DNA of 59,809 bases, taken from IMG/VR virus record IMGVR_UViG_3300020181_000014, positions 1 to 59,809 of that record. One strand, 5' to 3'. The number at the start of each line of letters is the position of its first letter. Position 1 is the stretch's first letter. This document shows positions 36,811 to 45,918 of the stretch, in pieces. Made by a program: the position numbers and the translations under genes. This stretch comes from a virus. Its lineage: Duplodnaviria > Caudoviricetes. The notes below the pieces were generated by a model, which saw only the letters and a program-made list of their open reading frames with translations, was not told where the DNA came from and did no database searches.

Positions 36811-37036
36811 ACGCCAAGCTTGGTTCTGCCCCGCATGCCAGAAGCACCACGGGCCGCACATTGATACATGCCCAGCGCCTGATGCGATTTCCATCCCCGG
36901 CGCTATCCCCGTATGGCCCGCGCAGAGGCATCAACCGCATCCGGGCTGGAAGCCTGGAACAGGGGACCCCTACACGCGCCCTTGGTACGGCCAGTGTGCA
37001 TTCGGGATCGCTACTGCGACCTATGGGATGAACTGA
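36803..37036 (+). CDS. Small Cys-containing protein
   Basis: WFCPAC...H.P....CP; GGAGG SD. Confidence 0.6.
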   Translation: MAERQAWFCPACQKHHGPHIDTCPAPDAISIPGAIPVWPAQRHQPHPGWKPGTGDPYTRPWYGQCAFGIATATYGMN

Positions 37037-37037
37037 C

Positions 37038-37280
37038 ATGAACGATCTTCTCATCGCCTACCTTCGTCTGGCCCTCCGGGGCCTTTTTCTTTGGCTGATC
37101 GCTCAGGGCTATCTCTCCCAAGAAGCCGCCGATTCCCTGATGATGGACCCGGACCTCGCCCGCGTCATCGAAATTACTGTCAGCTTCGCGGCATGGGGCG
37201 TCGTGGAACTCTGGCACGTCTGGGATGCGTGGTGGAAGAAACGCAAGGCTCCAGCCGAATTTGAAGGCGAGCAGGTCTAA
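37038..37280 (+). CDS. Putative holin
   Basis: Two TM segments, basic C-terminus; lysis cassette. Confidence 0.6.
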   Translation: MNDLLIAYLRLALRGLFLWLIAQGYLSQEAADSLMMDPDLARVIEITVSFAAWGVVELWHVWDAWWKKRKAPAEFEGEQV

Positions 37281-37687
37281 TGTGGGGCGCTATCGTCAGG
37301 TGGATCACCGGCGATCTCATCGGACAGCTCACCCGCGCCTATGAGACGAAGCTGAAGGCTGAGAACGACACTCAGCGCCTCGTGGCCGATGCTGCCATTA
37401 GGGATATTGAAGCCCAAATAGAGGCCAAACGGCAGTCAACGGAAATCCGCAAGCAGACTGCGGGCTTCTGGGAAATGCGACTGATCACGTTCCTGGTCGC
37501 AGGCTGCTTCACCCTGCACCTCGTCCTCGTCACCCTCGATACATGCTTCCGGCTTGGCTGGGGTGTTCCAAAGTACCCGGCACCATTTGACGAGTGGCAG
37601 GGCGCTATCCTCCTCTCCTTCTTCGGCGTGCAGGTGGTGGGACATGGCATTCAGGCTATCGCCGCTGCAATCCGGGGGCGCAAATGA
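37280..37687 (+). CDS. Holin-like membrane protein
   Basis: Coiled coil plus TM segments, ILLSFFG. Confidence 0.6.
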   Translation: MWGAIVRWITGDLIGQLTRAYETKLKAENDTQRLVADAAIRDIEAQIEAKRQSTEIRKQTAGFWEMRLITFLVAGCFTLHLVLVTLDTCFRLGWGVPKYPAPFDEWQGAILLSFFGVQVVGHGIQAIAAAIRGRK

Positions 37688-37956
37688 ACGCCCGCAGGCT
37701 CCCGGCTATGACCGCCGATGAACTGGAAGATCTTGTCCGCAAGGCTGTCCGCGACGAACTGAACGACGCTGGCCTGCGGCTCGACGGATCGAATTACCAG
37801 GAGGAAGCGCGAGAGGATTTCCGCTTCCTTCGCAAGCTCCGGCAGTCCGTCAACGGGGCTTCTTCAAAGATAGGCGCAACGGTCCTCGTGGCGCTTGTGT
37901 CGGGCCTGATGTGGCTCATCTGGCTTGGTTTCCAGGCAATCTTCCCCAACCGTTAA
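37684..37956 (+). CDS. Membrane-anchored hypothetical protein
   Basis: EDFRFLRKLR plus C-terminal TM. Confidence 0.65.
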   Translation: MNARRLPAMTADELEDLVRKAVRDELNDAGLRLDGSNYQEEAREDFRFLRKLRQSVNGASSKIGATVLVALVSGLMWLIWLGFQAIFPNR

Positions 37957-37970
37957 ATAGGAGGGCTATC

Positions 37971-38714
37971 ATGCCCCGTTCCATGTGGCTGCTTCTGGCG
38001 GCCGGCATTGCTTTGATCACGCTTTCCATCAACGTGGCGTTCGCGTCCGAGCTTCAGAAGATGCAGGACGAAATGCTGGGGGCGTCCACCCAGATCGGCG
38101 ACAATTGCTCCGGCACCCTCATTCACTCCAAGCGCGAAGAGGCGACAGGAGTCGTCACGACGTACATCCTCACAGCGAAACACTGCATTGACGGTGCAAA
38201 CAAGGAATACGCGGTGGATCTCCCGATCTACCAGAAGATGCGCATCGTGAAGGAAGATCGCTACTACGCAAAGGTCAAAGCTCAGGATTACAAAGCAGAC
38301 TTAGCCGTCCTGGTGCTCAAAGACGAACAGACATGGTTCGACAATGCTGCAGCCGTGGCCTCGGCGGACATTAACATGATGATCGGGGAACGCGTCTGGA
38401 CCGTTGGATATCCGCTTGGCGGCCCTCTCACGATCACAGATGGAATGTTCGGGGCGGCCCAGACGGTGAACTACCCCACCGATGGCATCGAATATTTCAG
38501 GGCCACTCCCAACGCTACGTTCGGCAATTCCGGTGGCGCTCTGTACCGGAAGAACGAGAAGGGCGATTACGAGCTGGTCGGCGTCGTCACGGCGCGCATG
38601 ATGGATAACACCTTCATGACGCTCTACACGCCGATCAGTACCATTCAGGACTTCCTGCGCAGGGTTGACCCGGATGCTTTCGGTGGCGTGAAGACCTCAC
38701 CGGCAAGCCGTTAG
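37971..38714 (+). CDS. Secreted trypsin-like serine protease
   Basis: Signal peptide; LTAKHC, DLAVL, GNSGG catalytic triad. Confidence 0.88.
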   Translation: MPRSMWLLLAAGIALITLSINVAFASELQKMQDEMLGASTQIGDNCSGTLIHSKREEATGVVTTYILTAKHCIDGANKEYAVDLPIYQKMRIVKEDRYYAKVKAQDYKADLAVLVLKDEQTWFDNAAAVASADINMMIGERVWTVGYPLGGPLTITDGMFGAAQTVNYPTDGIEYFRATPNATFGNSGGALYRKNEKGDYELVGVVTARMMDNTFMTLYTPISTIQDFLRRVDPDAFGGVKTSPASR

Positions 38715-38724
38715 GCGATCTCCC

Positions 38725-39975
38725 ATGGGCATCCCGTCTTTCGATGACGATGCGGTCCAGAAAATAATCCAGACCTACAAGGAGACCAAAAGCTACGCAG
38801 AGACCGCCAGAATTCATGGCTGTGCCGAAAGCTCCGTGCGTAAGTTCGTCAAGCGCGCGGCGGGGAGGGGCGACTTCGGCACATCGCCGGTTATGCCCGG
38901 CTTTGAAATCAGCAGCGTCTCGACCGCTCAGGATGAACACGGAACTGTTGTCCGGACCTTCATCCGCCAGGCTCCAGAGCGGGAACTCAGTCCGTTCAAC
39001 CTCCCGCAGGGCCATCAGATCAAGGGTGTCTCGGCTCTTCTCGATGCTGACGGTAGCGTTGTTCAGCAGTGGGTCAAAACCCGGCAGGGCGAGATTGATC
39101 CATCCCTCATTGCCGAGACACTCAAGGCTGCGTTTGCGGACTGGATGCCGCCGCCATTCCCTGTGGTTGAAGTCCCGGCCACTGATGACGACCTTCTCAC
39201 CATCTATCCTATCGCGGATCTGCACCTCGGCCTCAGAGCCGTTGCTGACGAGAGCGGAGCTGACTTCGATCTCGACATAGCGCAAGAGCGCTTCCGCGAC
39301 ACAACCTCCCGCCTTTTCGAACGATCGCCAGAGAGCGGAACCGCGCTCATCCTTCAGTTGGGGGACTTCACCCACGCTGACGATGATCTGGCAATGACGC
39401 CCACGAGCAAGAACATTCTGCAGGTGTCCGACCGCCAGCTTGACGTTCTCAAGTGCGGCGTTCAACTCATGATAGACTACATCTACCATGCCCTGAAAAA
39501 GCACGAGCGCGTCGTCGTCAAGTGCCTCAAGGGCAACCACGATCTCAATGCATGGGTGGTTCTATACGTTGCTCTGGACCAGCATTTCCGGGACAATGAC
39601 CGAGTGACAATCGACGGTGCGGCGGCCGATTACTGGTTCTTCCGCTGGGGCAAGAACCTCATCGGCGCTCATCACGGCCACAGGCTCAAGCAGGCCGAAA
39701 TGGCCGGCGCAATGGCTGTGGAATGCGCGGAAGACTGGGGGCAGACCCTCTATCGCATTTTCCTCCATGGCCATCTCCATCATGAGTGGGTCAAGGAGGT
39801 TCTGGGTGTACGGGTGGAGTGCGTCAGAACGCTGGCTGACGTTGATGCTTACCACGCCGGCAAATACGGCTCCGGCAAATCCCTCATCTCGATAACCCTG
39901 CACAAAGAAAATGGCGAGGATGGGCGCGCGAAGATCAATCTGCCGCCGGTCCGCCGCAGAGCGGTGACTTCATGA
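38725..39975 (+). CDS. HTH + calcineurin-like metallophosphoesterase
   Basis: DLHLG, GDFTH, GNHD, HHGH, GHLHH. Confidence 0.85.
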   Translation: MGIPSFDDDAVQKIIQTYKETKSYAETARIHGCAESSVRKFVKRAAGRGDFGTSPVMPGFEISSVSTAQDEHGTVVRTFIRQAPERELSPFNLPQGHQIKGVSALLDADGSVVQQWVKTRQGEIDPSLIAETLKAAFADWMPPPFPVVEVPATDDDLLTIYPIADLHLGLRAVADESGADFDLDIAQERFRDTTSRLFERSPESGTALILQLGDFTHADDDLAMTPTSKNILQVSDRQLDVLKCGVQLMIDYIYHALKKHERVVVKCLKGNHDLNAWVVLYVALDQHFRDNDRVTIDGAAADYWFFRWGKNLIGAHHGHRLKQAEMAGAMAVECAEDWGQTLYRIFLHGHLHHEWVKEVLGVRVECVRTLADVDAYHAGKYGSGKSLISITLHKENGEDGRAKINLPPVRRRAVTS

Positions 39976-40157
39976 CGATTCAGAAGCAGGTATTGATGTT
40001 CCTTGAGGCAGCGGACGGAGACCCGCACAAGGCCCTGGTGCTTGCGGTCAAAACACTGGCCGTCAGCGGCCATTGCATCAGCGCAGGCTTTCTCCGCGTC
40101 TCCCCATACGATCATATCCTCCCCATTGAGAAAGAGCCGGAGCCGCTCGATGCCTAA
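39972..40157 (+). CDS. Hypothetical protein
   Basis: ATGA-coupled. Confidence 0.6.
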   Translation: MTIQKQVLMFLEAADGDPHKALVLAVKTLAVSGHCISAGFLRVSPYDHILPIEKEPEPLDA

Positions 40158-40416
40158 GAAATCGGATGGAGGGGCTACGGACTATTACCAGCTTCCCGCA
40201 GGAGCAAAGGAACTCAACGACCTCATCGAGTTCAAGGGCATGTCCTTCGCGCTCGGGAATATTTTCAAGGCGGCATATCGGTTTGGAGAGAAGGACGGTG
40301 CCTCGCGCATCTACGACCTGAACAAGATCATTTTCTTCGCCAATCGCCTCAAGGCCATTGAGGAGCGAGAGATGCGGAACCAGCCGGCAGGTGCCCCGTT
40401 CTCTCAAGATGCCTAG
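40150..40416 (+). CDS. DUF3310-like protein
   Basis: GG..DYY...DLIE...GNIFKA.YR.G.K.....DL.K. Confidence 0.7.
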   Translation: MPKKSDGGATDYYQLPAGAKELNDLIEFKGMSFALGNIFKAAYRFGEKDGASRIYDLNKIIFFANRLKAIEEREMRNQPAGAPFSQDA

Positions 40417-40612
40417 AACCTACGAAGCCGACATCGAACCGGAAGACATTCCCGTCTGTCCCAAGATGGATGGCAGCACGCTAAAGATCGTCCCGGCCTA
40501 TACCGAGGCTGGATGGTACACGGAAGCCAACTGCATCACGGTCACGGATGGGGAGAGGACCGCGATCTACGTCCCCCTGGCTAGTGTTCCGTCTTCCCGA
40601 CAAGGTGAGTAG
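40409..40612 (+). CDS. Hypothetical protein
   Basis: Overlaps upstream stop. Confidence 0.5.
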   Translation: MPRTYEADIEPEDIPVCPKMDGSTLKIVPAYTEAGWYTEANCITVTDGERTAIYVPLASVPSSRQGE

Positions 40613-40781
40613 GCCACCTCTTTGTCTTGACGAACTCTTCGCTCTCCCGGTCCCAATTGCGGCACCACGCCCGCTGCTCTTCCGTTGCGTCGGCCCATTG
40701 CACATCAAACTCGTTCTCGCAGATGATCTGCAGAGCAAGCTCCTTGATGGTCATTGGCGCCTTTATCCGCGGAACTCTCAT
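40581..40781 (-). CDS. Hypothetical protein (second gene of SOS-boxed operon)
   Basis: ATGA-coupled to 40778-41038. Confidence 0.5.
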   Translation of the reverse strand: MRVPRIKAPMTIKELALQIICENEFDVQWADATEEQRAWCRNWDRESEEFVKTKRWPTHLVGKTEH

Positions 40782-41038
40782 CCCCCCTCCCATAAAAGCT
40801 CTACCTTGCCGGCCTTCGGATCGTAGGCTCCAGTCTTTGCCTTCCAGACGATCCTTCCCCGCATCCTCAGAATGATAATAGCATGGGAATAGTGCTGGAT
40901 AGCCTCTTTGTATGCCTTGTATCCGACGCTGAAGTGATTGGCGGCTGCAATCCTGTCAATGTGCTTCCCCTCGTCGTTCACCAGATCCACGTTGCAATTC
41001 CATTCGTGGATTGAGCGAGGGTCGCGTCTGTCTACCAT
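40778..41038 (-). CDS. LexA-boxed small protein (candidate antirepressor)
   Basis: AAGAAGG SD; downstream of a LexA box. Confidence 0.65.
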   Translation of the reverse strand: MVDRRDPRSIHEWNCNVDLVNDEGKHIDRIAAANHFSVGYKAYKEAIQHYSHAIIILRMRGRIVWKAKTGAYDPKAGKVELLWEGG

Positions 41039-41079
41039 GTGAGCCTTCTTCTGAATTGGTGCTTACATGGAAGGAATAA

Positions 41080-41104
41080 GTTCCTAGTTTGTTCCGGGAG
41101 TCAA
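41080..41104 (-). promoter_or_regulatory. Alphaproteobacterial LexA box within a promoter
   Basis: GTTC-ctagttt-GTTC at 41080-94, just downstream (minus strand) of TTGACT at 41099-104. Confidence 0.75.
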
Positions 41105-41284
41105 TCGTACTTCTTCTTGATGGAATCACGAGACCACCATAGCGGGAAATCTCGTCGCGTTCTTTCACTTCAAGGGTTGCGCTGCGAATCAATCGGCGGT
41201 AGCAATCCATTATGAGCAAATAATTAACGCCCGGTCACAATGCGTGATGCAGAGGCTCGCTCATGGCGTGGAGGAGTACCCTGA

Positions 41285-42580
41285 ATGCACATCATGACAA
41301 CGGAGCAAGCCGAACAAATTGTTGCCGCGTTTTATGTCGGCTACTTCAATCGAGCCCCGGACCCGGAGGGGCTGGAATATTGGACGAACCAGCTTCTGCA
41401 TCACGGCTCGACTTTTGACCTGGCCGCGGCTTTCACAAGCAGCGACGAGGCGGCAGACACATATCCGCAGATCGGCGAGGATGGCACCGTCACTGACCCG
41501 ATAGATTTCCTGCGTGAGGTCTACCAGAACCTTTTCGGGCGTGAGCTTGATCCTTCCGGTGAGGCTTTTTGGTCCGGACATCTGGAGGACGGCGTTTCAC
41601 CGATCGAACTCATCCGGCAGATGATTATCAACGTCACCGGGCCTGATGCTGAAACGCTGAATGACAAGGTGGAAGCCGGTCTTCACTACACCAAGCTCGT
41701 GGACATCTTCGGCGACTACAACACAGACGAAGCGCGAGAAGTCGTTTCGTTGGTGGATGGGTCCGAAGAATCGCTTCAGGAAGCCAAGGAGAAGGCTCAG
41801 GAGCATGGTCTGCCGCCAGAGGATGACGGTGACGGTGACGGTGGTGGCGGGGGTGGGGGTGGCGACCCCGTGGTCGTCTATCCTGAACACGATCTGGAAT
41901 TCATAGAGGGCGGGGAAGTCAACATTCTCTCCACCAAGAATTACGCCGGCACGCAGGCATGGTACGGCGGCGGCAACTACATCGATGAAAAGAACATCAT
42001 GATCGACCACACCGCCGGTGTGGAAATGGCGATGGGCGTGTCTTACCGCCATGGCGATGTCATTGTCGGCGATGACATCGGCGAAGGCATCATGTTGTTC
42101 GAAGGCCTTGCGGGATCACAGATAGTGGGCAAGGGAGAATCTGATCGCACCGACCCAGACCGCTCTGCCGTGTCCTTCGACGTGATGATCAATCTCGGGG
42201 TCGGTGATTTGGATAATACGCCGTATGAGTTCGTCCTGAGGATCGATGTTGACCCTACCGAGGGAGAAGAATTCCAGGTGTACACGCTCCAGGAGATCGC
42301 TCCGGGAGTCGGCGATGATCCGGACAGGGCGGTGTGGGTTGGCCCGAATGGAGCTGCGCATGTTCCCTTCGACCCGATGCCGGAGCATATTTCGCAGCAC
42401 AGCGTGAACTTCGGTTTCGATTACATCTCCTCGCAAATTGACGGAGCCGACGCGGACGACACCGGGGACATTCCGGCAGGCGAGTACACAATCGAGCTTG
42501 AGATGTGGGAAGACGGTCGTCTTATTGGCGAGCTCAAGAACTTGATTGTTCTCAACGAGCCTGAAGTTATGGGGGTGTAA
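41285..42580 (+). CDS. Acidic DUF4214 / S-layer-N-terminus-like protein (moron)
   Basis: FYVGYFNRAPDPEGLEYW, YQNLFGRELDPSGEAFW; poly-Gly linker. Confidence 0.82.
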   Translation: MHIMTTEQAEQIVAAFYVGYFNRAPDPEGLEYWTNQLLHHGSTFDLAAAFTSSDEAADTYPQIGEDGTVTDPIDFLREVYQNLFGRELDPSGEAFWSGHLEDGVSPIELIRQMIINVTGPDAETLNDKVEAGLHYTKLVDIFGDYNTDEAREVVSLVDGSEESLQEAKEKAQEHGLPPEDDGDGDGGGGGGGGDPVVVYPEHDLEFIEGGEVNILSTKNYAGTQAWYGGGNYIDEKNIMIDHTAGVEMAMGVSYRHGDVIVGDDIGEGIMLFEGLAGSQIVGKGESDRTDPDRSAVSFDVMINLGVGDLDNTPYEFVLRIDVDPTEGEEFQVYTLQEIAPGVGDDPDRAVWVGPNGAAHVPFDPMPEHISQHSVNFGFDYISSQIDGADADDTGDIPAGEYTIELEMWEDGRLIGELKNLIVLNEPEVMGV

Positions 42581-42595
42581 GACAGCCTACCAGTG

Positions 42596-42618
42596 GCCGG
42601 CCTCGCTCTGGGGCCGGC
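42596..42618. terminator. GC hairpin between convergent genes
   Basis: GCCGGCC...GGCCGGC inverted repeat. Confidence 0.45.
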
Positions 42619-42623
42619 TGCGC

Positions 42624-42848
42624 TCATCTCCCATGGGCGGCTTCAATCCGATTGCCAAGCATCGCCAATTCAGTTCTCATGCGGTCCGGCGTAAGAGACC
42701 GCAGTCGTCTGCGCAGGATTTCCTCACGAAGCATTTCGGCACCCCGCTGCTGCTCGTGAAGGGTCTCGTAGACGAGCTCATTCCAAGATCCTCTAGGGCA
42801 TGGCCCGGTGCAAAGAGGAAAGGCCTTCCACTCCATCTCACCCTCCAA
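42624..42848 (-). CDS. Hypothetical protein
   Basis: GGAGG SD; short ORF. Confidence 0.45.
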   Translation of the reverse strand: MEGEMEWKAFPLCTGPCPRGSWNELVYETLHEQQRGAEMLREEILRRRLRSLTPDRMRTELAMLGNRIEAAHGR

Positions 42849-42881
42849 AGAACCAGAACCCCAGCCCCACCAGGAGGGCTA

Positions 42882-43106
42882 TCAGAAAGATGATGGGGAC
42901 GTTGCGTTCTGTGTAGCGGAGCATTGCTCGACCCTCTGTGACATCCTATCAAGCGCCATCATACGATACATCTCCTGATCGCAACTCTCCCAATAGTCGG
43001 CGATGCGGTCCGGCTCATGAATGCCGACCAATCTGCATCTTCTAGCATGCAGGGATCGCGCCAGAACTTCGACTTCTGCAAGGTCTGTCTCGCTCATCCT
43101 TTTCAT
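42882..43106 (-). CDS. Hypothetical protein
   Basis: AGGAG SD. Confidence 0.5.
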   Translation of the reverse strand: MKRMSETDLAEVEVLARSLHARRCRLVGIHEPDRIADYWESCDQEMYRMMALDRMSQRVEQCSATQNATSPSSF

Positions 43107-43282
43107 GCTCCTGAATCGGTGGGGGAGGGAACAATCCTCAGCGAGCGAAGAGCGACGAGCTCCGCGTCATCCGGGATTGAGCCGGGGTGCTTCTCCCGCG
43201 CATCCTGAATGCCTTTCGCGATGGCTCTCATCACTGGTAGCCGGATGTTTTGCTGTGGCTCTTTATCGCTCATATCTCAACC

Positions 43283-44476
43283 TTAACCGGTCCACGATTT
43301 TGCATCTATTGAGAGCCTCACTGGGGGTGCCAGCACATTCGCTAGCCTGTTTAGAACCGATTTCGTCGGTTGCGGCTCTTCTTTCCTCTTCGTATCCGTC
43401 TCCGCGGCTGTCACGTCAGTCGAAGGAGGGCCATTTCTGACGATGGCTCCAAAGCCTGTCGCCGCATGCACCACACGTGCCTCAGGCATTCGGTTCGTCG
43501 GCCCCTTGATCTCTAGAAGCTCGCCCGTGGGGGCATATTCGACGGTAGCAATCTTGCTGGAGCCGGAACGGATCGAGAAATACACGTGCGTTCCCATCGC
43601 GGCGTAGCGGAAGCGAGTGGCGATGCAGTGCTTTTGATCTCGGCCGTCCTCTATAAAATCCTCCAGGGTTCGGAAGGCAACGAAGTCGAAACCAGAGTGG
43701 GAACACCGTTCAAGATCGTGAGGAATTTTCGCCCGCGCGGACAGTTTGAATCCGTATTGCAAAACCGCCTGCCGCAGATCTTGGTCTCGATGCCAGCGCA
43801 GGCTCCGTTCCCGGATGGTGCTCGCTTTCGTTGACGGTGCGATTTCTGAGAGGCTTAGCAGATAGTCCCTGTCGTCAGATTGGAGGTCGGCCATATGCCA
43901 TGCCGCCCACTCGACGACAGACTTGTGCGCTCCCCGTTCCGCAAGCCACAGAACATTCTCTGCCCAAAGGCCGATCTTGCTCTTCTCTTTGGCTTGAGAG
44001 AAGACGCTGGGCGGCAGGATAGACGCGATTTTAACGGCGGCCACACTGGCTTCATCCGCCGTCAGAAGTCGCGCCGACCATGGAATGCCCAAGTCGTCGC
44101 ACTGGGCGCGTAGCGAGAGACCCTGCGCCTTTGCCTCCGTCAGGTAGGTCAACGTAAAGGCGGTGGGCTTGATCACTACCTTCGCCGCCGGGATCCTTTC
44201 GACCAAGTAGGCCACCGCGGGTATTTTCCAGAATATCTCATCATCATTCTTCCCGATGGATATCGTGCGCGTGGTCACGAAGGGAGCCAACCTTGGTATG
44301 TTGAAATACTCGCGACCGTGGTCAAGGAGGCGAGCCATATGGCGTGGGTGCAGCTGGTTGAATTGTTCCTGGTACGCTTGTTCAATCTGCTGTTGCGCCA
44401 TGATCTGCGCACTCGCATTCACGTTCTGCCGGTCCAGGTCTTGAGATTGATAAAAAAGCATCGGATCAAGCGGCAA
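43283..44476 (-). CDS. PcfJ-domain protein
   Basis: W HR...EDG..Q.HCI...YFSIR....ATVEY....EIKGPTN. Confidence 0.75.
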   Translation of the reverse strand: MPLDPMLFYQSQDLDRQNVNASAQIMAQQQIEQAYQEQFNQLHPRHMARLLDHGREYFNIPRLAPFVTTRTISIGKNDDEIFWKIPAVAYLVERIPAAKVVIKPTAFTLTYLTEAKAQGLSLRAQCDDLGIPWSARLLTADEASVAAVKIASILPPSVFSQAKEKSKIGLWAENVLWLAERGAHKSVVEWAAWHMADLQSDDRDYLLSLSEIAPSTKASTIRERSLRWHRDQDLRQAVLQYGFKLSARAKIPHDLERCSHSGFDFVAFRTLEDFIEDGRDQKHCIATRFRYAAMGTHVYFSIRSGSSKIATVEYAPTGELLEIKGPTNRMPEARVVHAATGFGAIVRNGPPSTDVTAAETDTKRKEEPQPTKSVLNRLANVLAPPVRLSIDAKSWTG

Positions 44477-44625
44477 GTGTCCCTCCTATGAACATGGCGC
44501 TACGTCCCGAAACCCGTGAACGGCTCAGGAACAGACAATGACAATTTCCCGCCACATACCTTGGCGCAAACGTGCGTGGATATGCGTGGCTGGAAACTGG
44601 AGGCCTTGGGAAAAGGGCGGATTTC

Positions 44626-44672
44626 TGGTGGGCGCGGTAGGGATTGAACCTACGACCCCACCCGTGTGAAGG
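44626..44672 (-). mobile_element. attP core = 3' half of tRNA-Val(CAC)
   Basis: Reverse complement CCTTCACACGGGTGGGGTCGTAGGTTCAATCCCTACCGCGCCCACCA (anticodon loop, T arm, CCA) 20 bp from the int stop. Confidence 0.88.
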
Positions 44673-44692
44673 CATATATCCAAACGCCAAAT

Positions 44693-45730
44693 TCATTTGC
44701 GTTTTCCAAACCTTGAACGGCGCTGTTTAGCACCCTCTGCCGATTTTATGTCAATCGGCCCAGTTTGGAGATCGAAGATTCCGGCCACATTCCGCCCTGC
44801 TTCCTGGCTGTGGACATACGTCCCCATGAACAGCGCCGCTGACTTCCACCCTCCTGCCTCCATTGCATCCTTGATCCTCGCCCCGCCATTGATGGCGTTG
44901 GTAGCGAAGGAGTGCCTGCCAGCAGCATGGCTGGACCGCGGCTCGATGCCAGCACGTTGGCAAACCGCCTTGATCCGGCGATTGACCGCCTGCCTGTCCG
45001 TATAGCCGAACACCCTCTTGCCCTTCACGGGCTTCAGTGCGGCAATGCGGGCGATGAGCTCGGCTGTGAGATAGCGCGGAGACCATTCGTCGGTCTTTGT
45101 CTTCTCCAGAAGCGCAATGCGCTCGGAGAGGTCCACATGCTCTCCCAGAAGGTTGATGGCCTCGGAGACGCGCGCGCCTGTCTGGTGCATAAATAGGACG
45201 CAAGCGGACAAGTGAGGAAGTCCGCTGCGGTCGGCTTCCGCCAGGAACTTGTCCATCCACTCCCGGTCCACGGGCTTGTTCTTCCGCGACTTTGGCACCT
45301 CGAACTGCTTCACCCGCATGGGACCGCACCAGCCAAGGTCATGAGCGTGGTTGATCACTGCCCGCGCGGGGATGATGCCTTGCCGGTTGCGGGTAGAGGG
45401 AAGCGCCTTCGGGTATAGGATCATCGCCGCTTGTCGGATCTCAGCGGGCTTGATTGAGCCGATAGGGCGTCCTTTGAAGTGCTTGATGATCGGTGCGAGA
45501 TATCGCCCTTCGCCGCCCTGTTCTAGGTAACTCACGGCGGCCTCCTCAAACGTCCTTACGGCTTCTTCGCCATAGGTATGACGTTTCCAGAGCCGCGCTT
45601 CGTAGTGCGCGCAGAGTTCCCTGGCTGTGGCTTCGTCGCGAGTGCCAAGGCTTTCTCGAATGCGCTTTCCGTTGAAGGTGCCATAGGCATACCAAATGCC
45701 TTTGATTTCTTTGGGCTTGAGCCCCGGCAT
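44693..45730 (-). CDS. int: Tyrosine integrase
   Basis: TGAR.SE, KTK, H..GRH, GGW, TY catalytic residues; adjacent attP. Confidence 0.93.
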   Translation of the reverse strand: MPGLKPKEIKGIWYAYGTFNGKRIRESLGTRDEATARELCAHYEARLWKRHTYGEEAVRTFEEAAVSYLEQGGEGRYLAPIIKHFKGRPIGSIKPAEIRQAAMILYPKALPSTRNRQGIIPARAVINHAHDLGWCGPMRVKQFEVPKSRKNKPVDREWMDKFLAEADRSGLPHLSACVLFMHQTGARVSEAINLLGEHVDLSERIALLEKTKTDEWSPRYLTAELIARIAALKPVKGKRVFGYTDRQAVNRRIKAVCQRAGIEPRSSHAAGRHSFATNAINGGARIKDAMEAGGWKSAALFMGTYVHSQEAGRNVAGIFDLQTGPIDIKSAEGAKQRRSRFGKRK

Positions 45731-45918
45731 GATATAGTTCCCCTAAGGCTTGCGATGTGCTCCGGATAAAATACCTTCTTCGATCCACGAGCTTCATAAT
45801 GCGGATGATCGCGAATAACGTCCACCAGAAAGCGTCGGGAAATCCCAAGCAACTGCGCCGCCCCGTCCATATCGACCGGGACAAGCCCTTGGGTCCACGC
45901 GGGGAGCGGGCGTGTCAT
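45556..45918 (-). CDS. xis: Excisionase-like HTH (overlaps int)
   Basis: MDGAAQLLGISRRFL...G.K..F...HI. Confidence 0.7.
   Translation of the reverse strand: MTRPLPAWTQGLVPVDMDGAAQLLGISRRFLVDVIRDHPHYEARGSKKVFYPEHIASLRGTISCRGSSPKKSKAFGMPMAPSTESAFEKALALATKPQPGNSARTTKRGSGNVIPMAKKP

Noticed and set aside
38635-39540. Long minus-strand ORFs opposite late genes (also 20567-21388, 27036-27851, 30321-31091)
   Set aside because: Antisense shadows of GC-rich genes with clear plus-strand motifs
44626-44672. Functional tRNA gene
   Set aside because: Only the anticodon loop to CCA is present; no D arm or 5' acceptor strand
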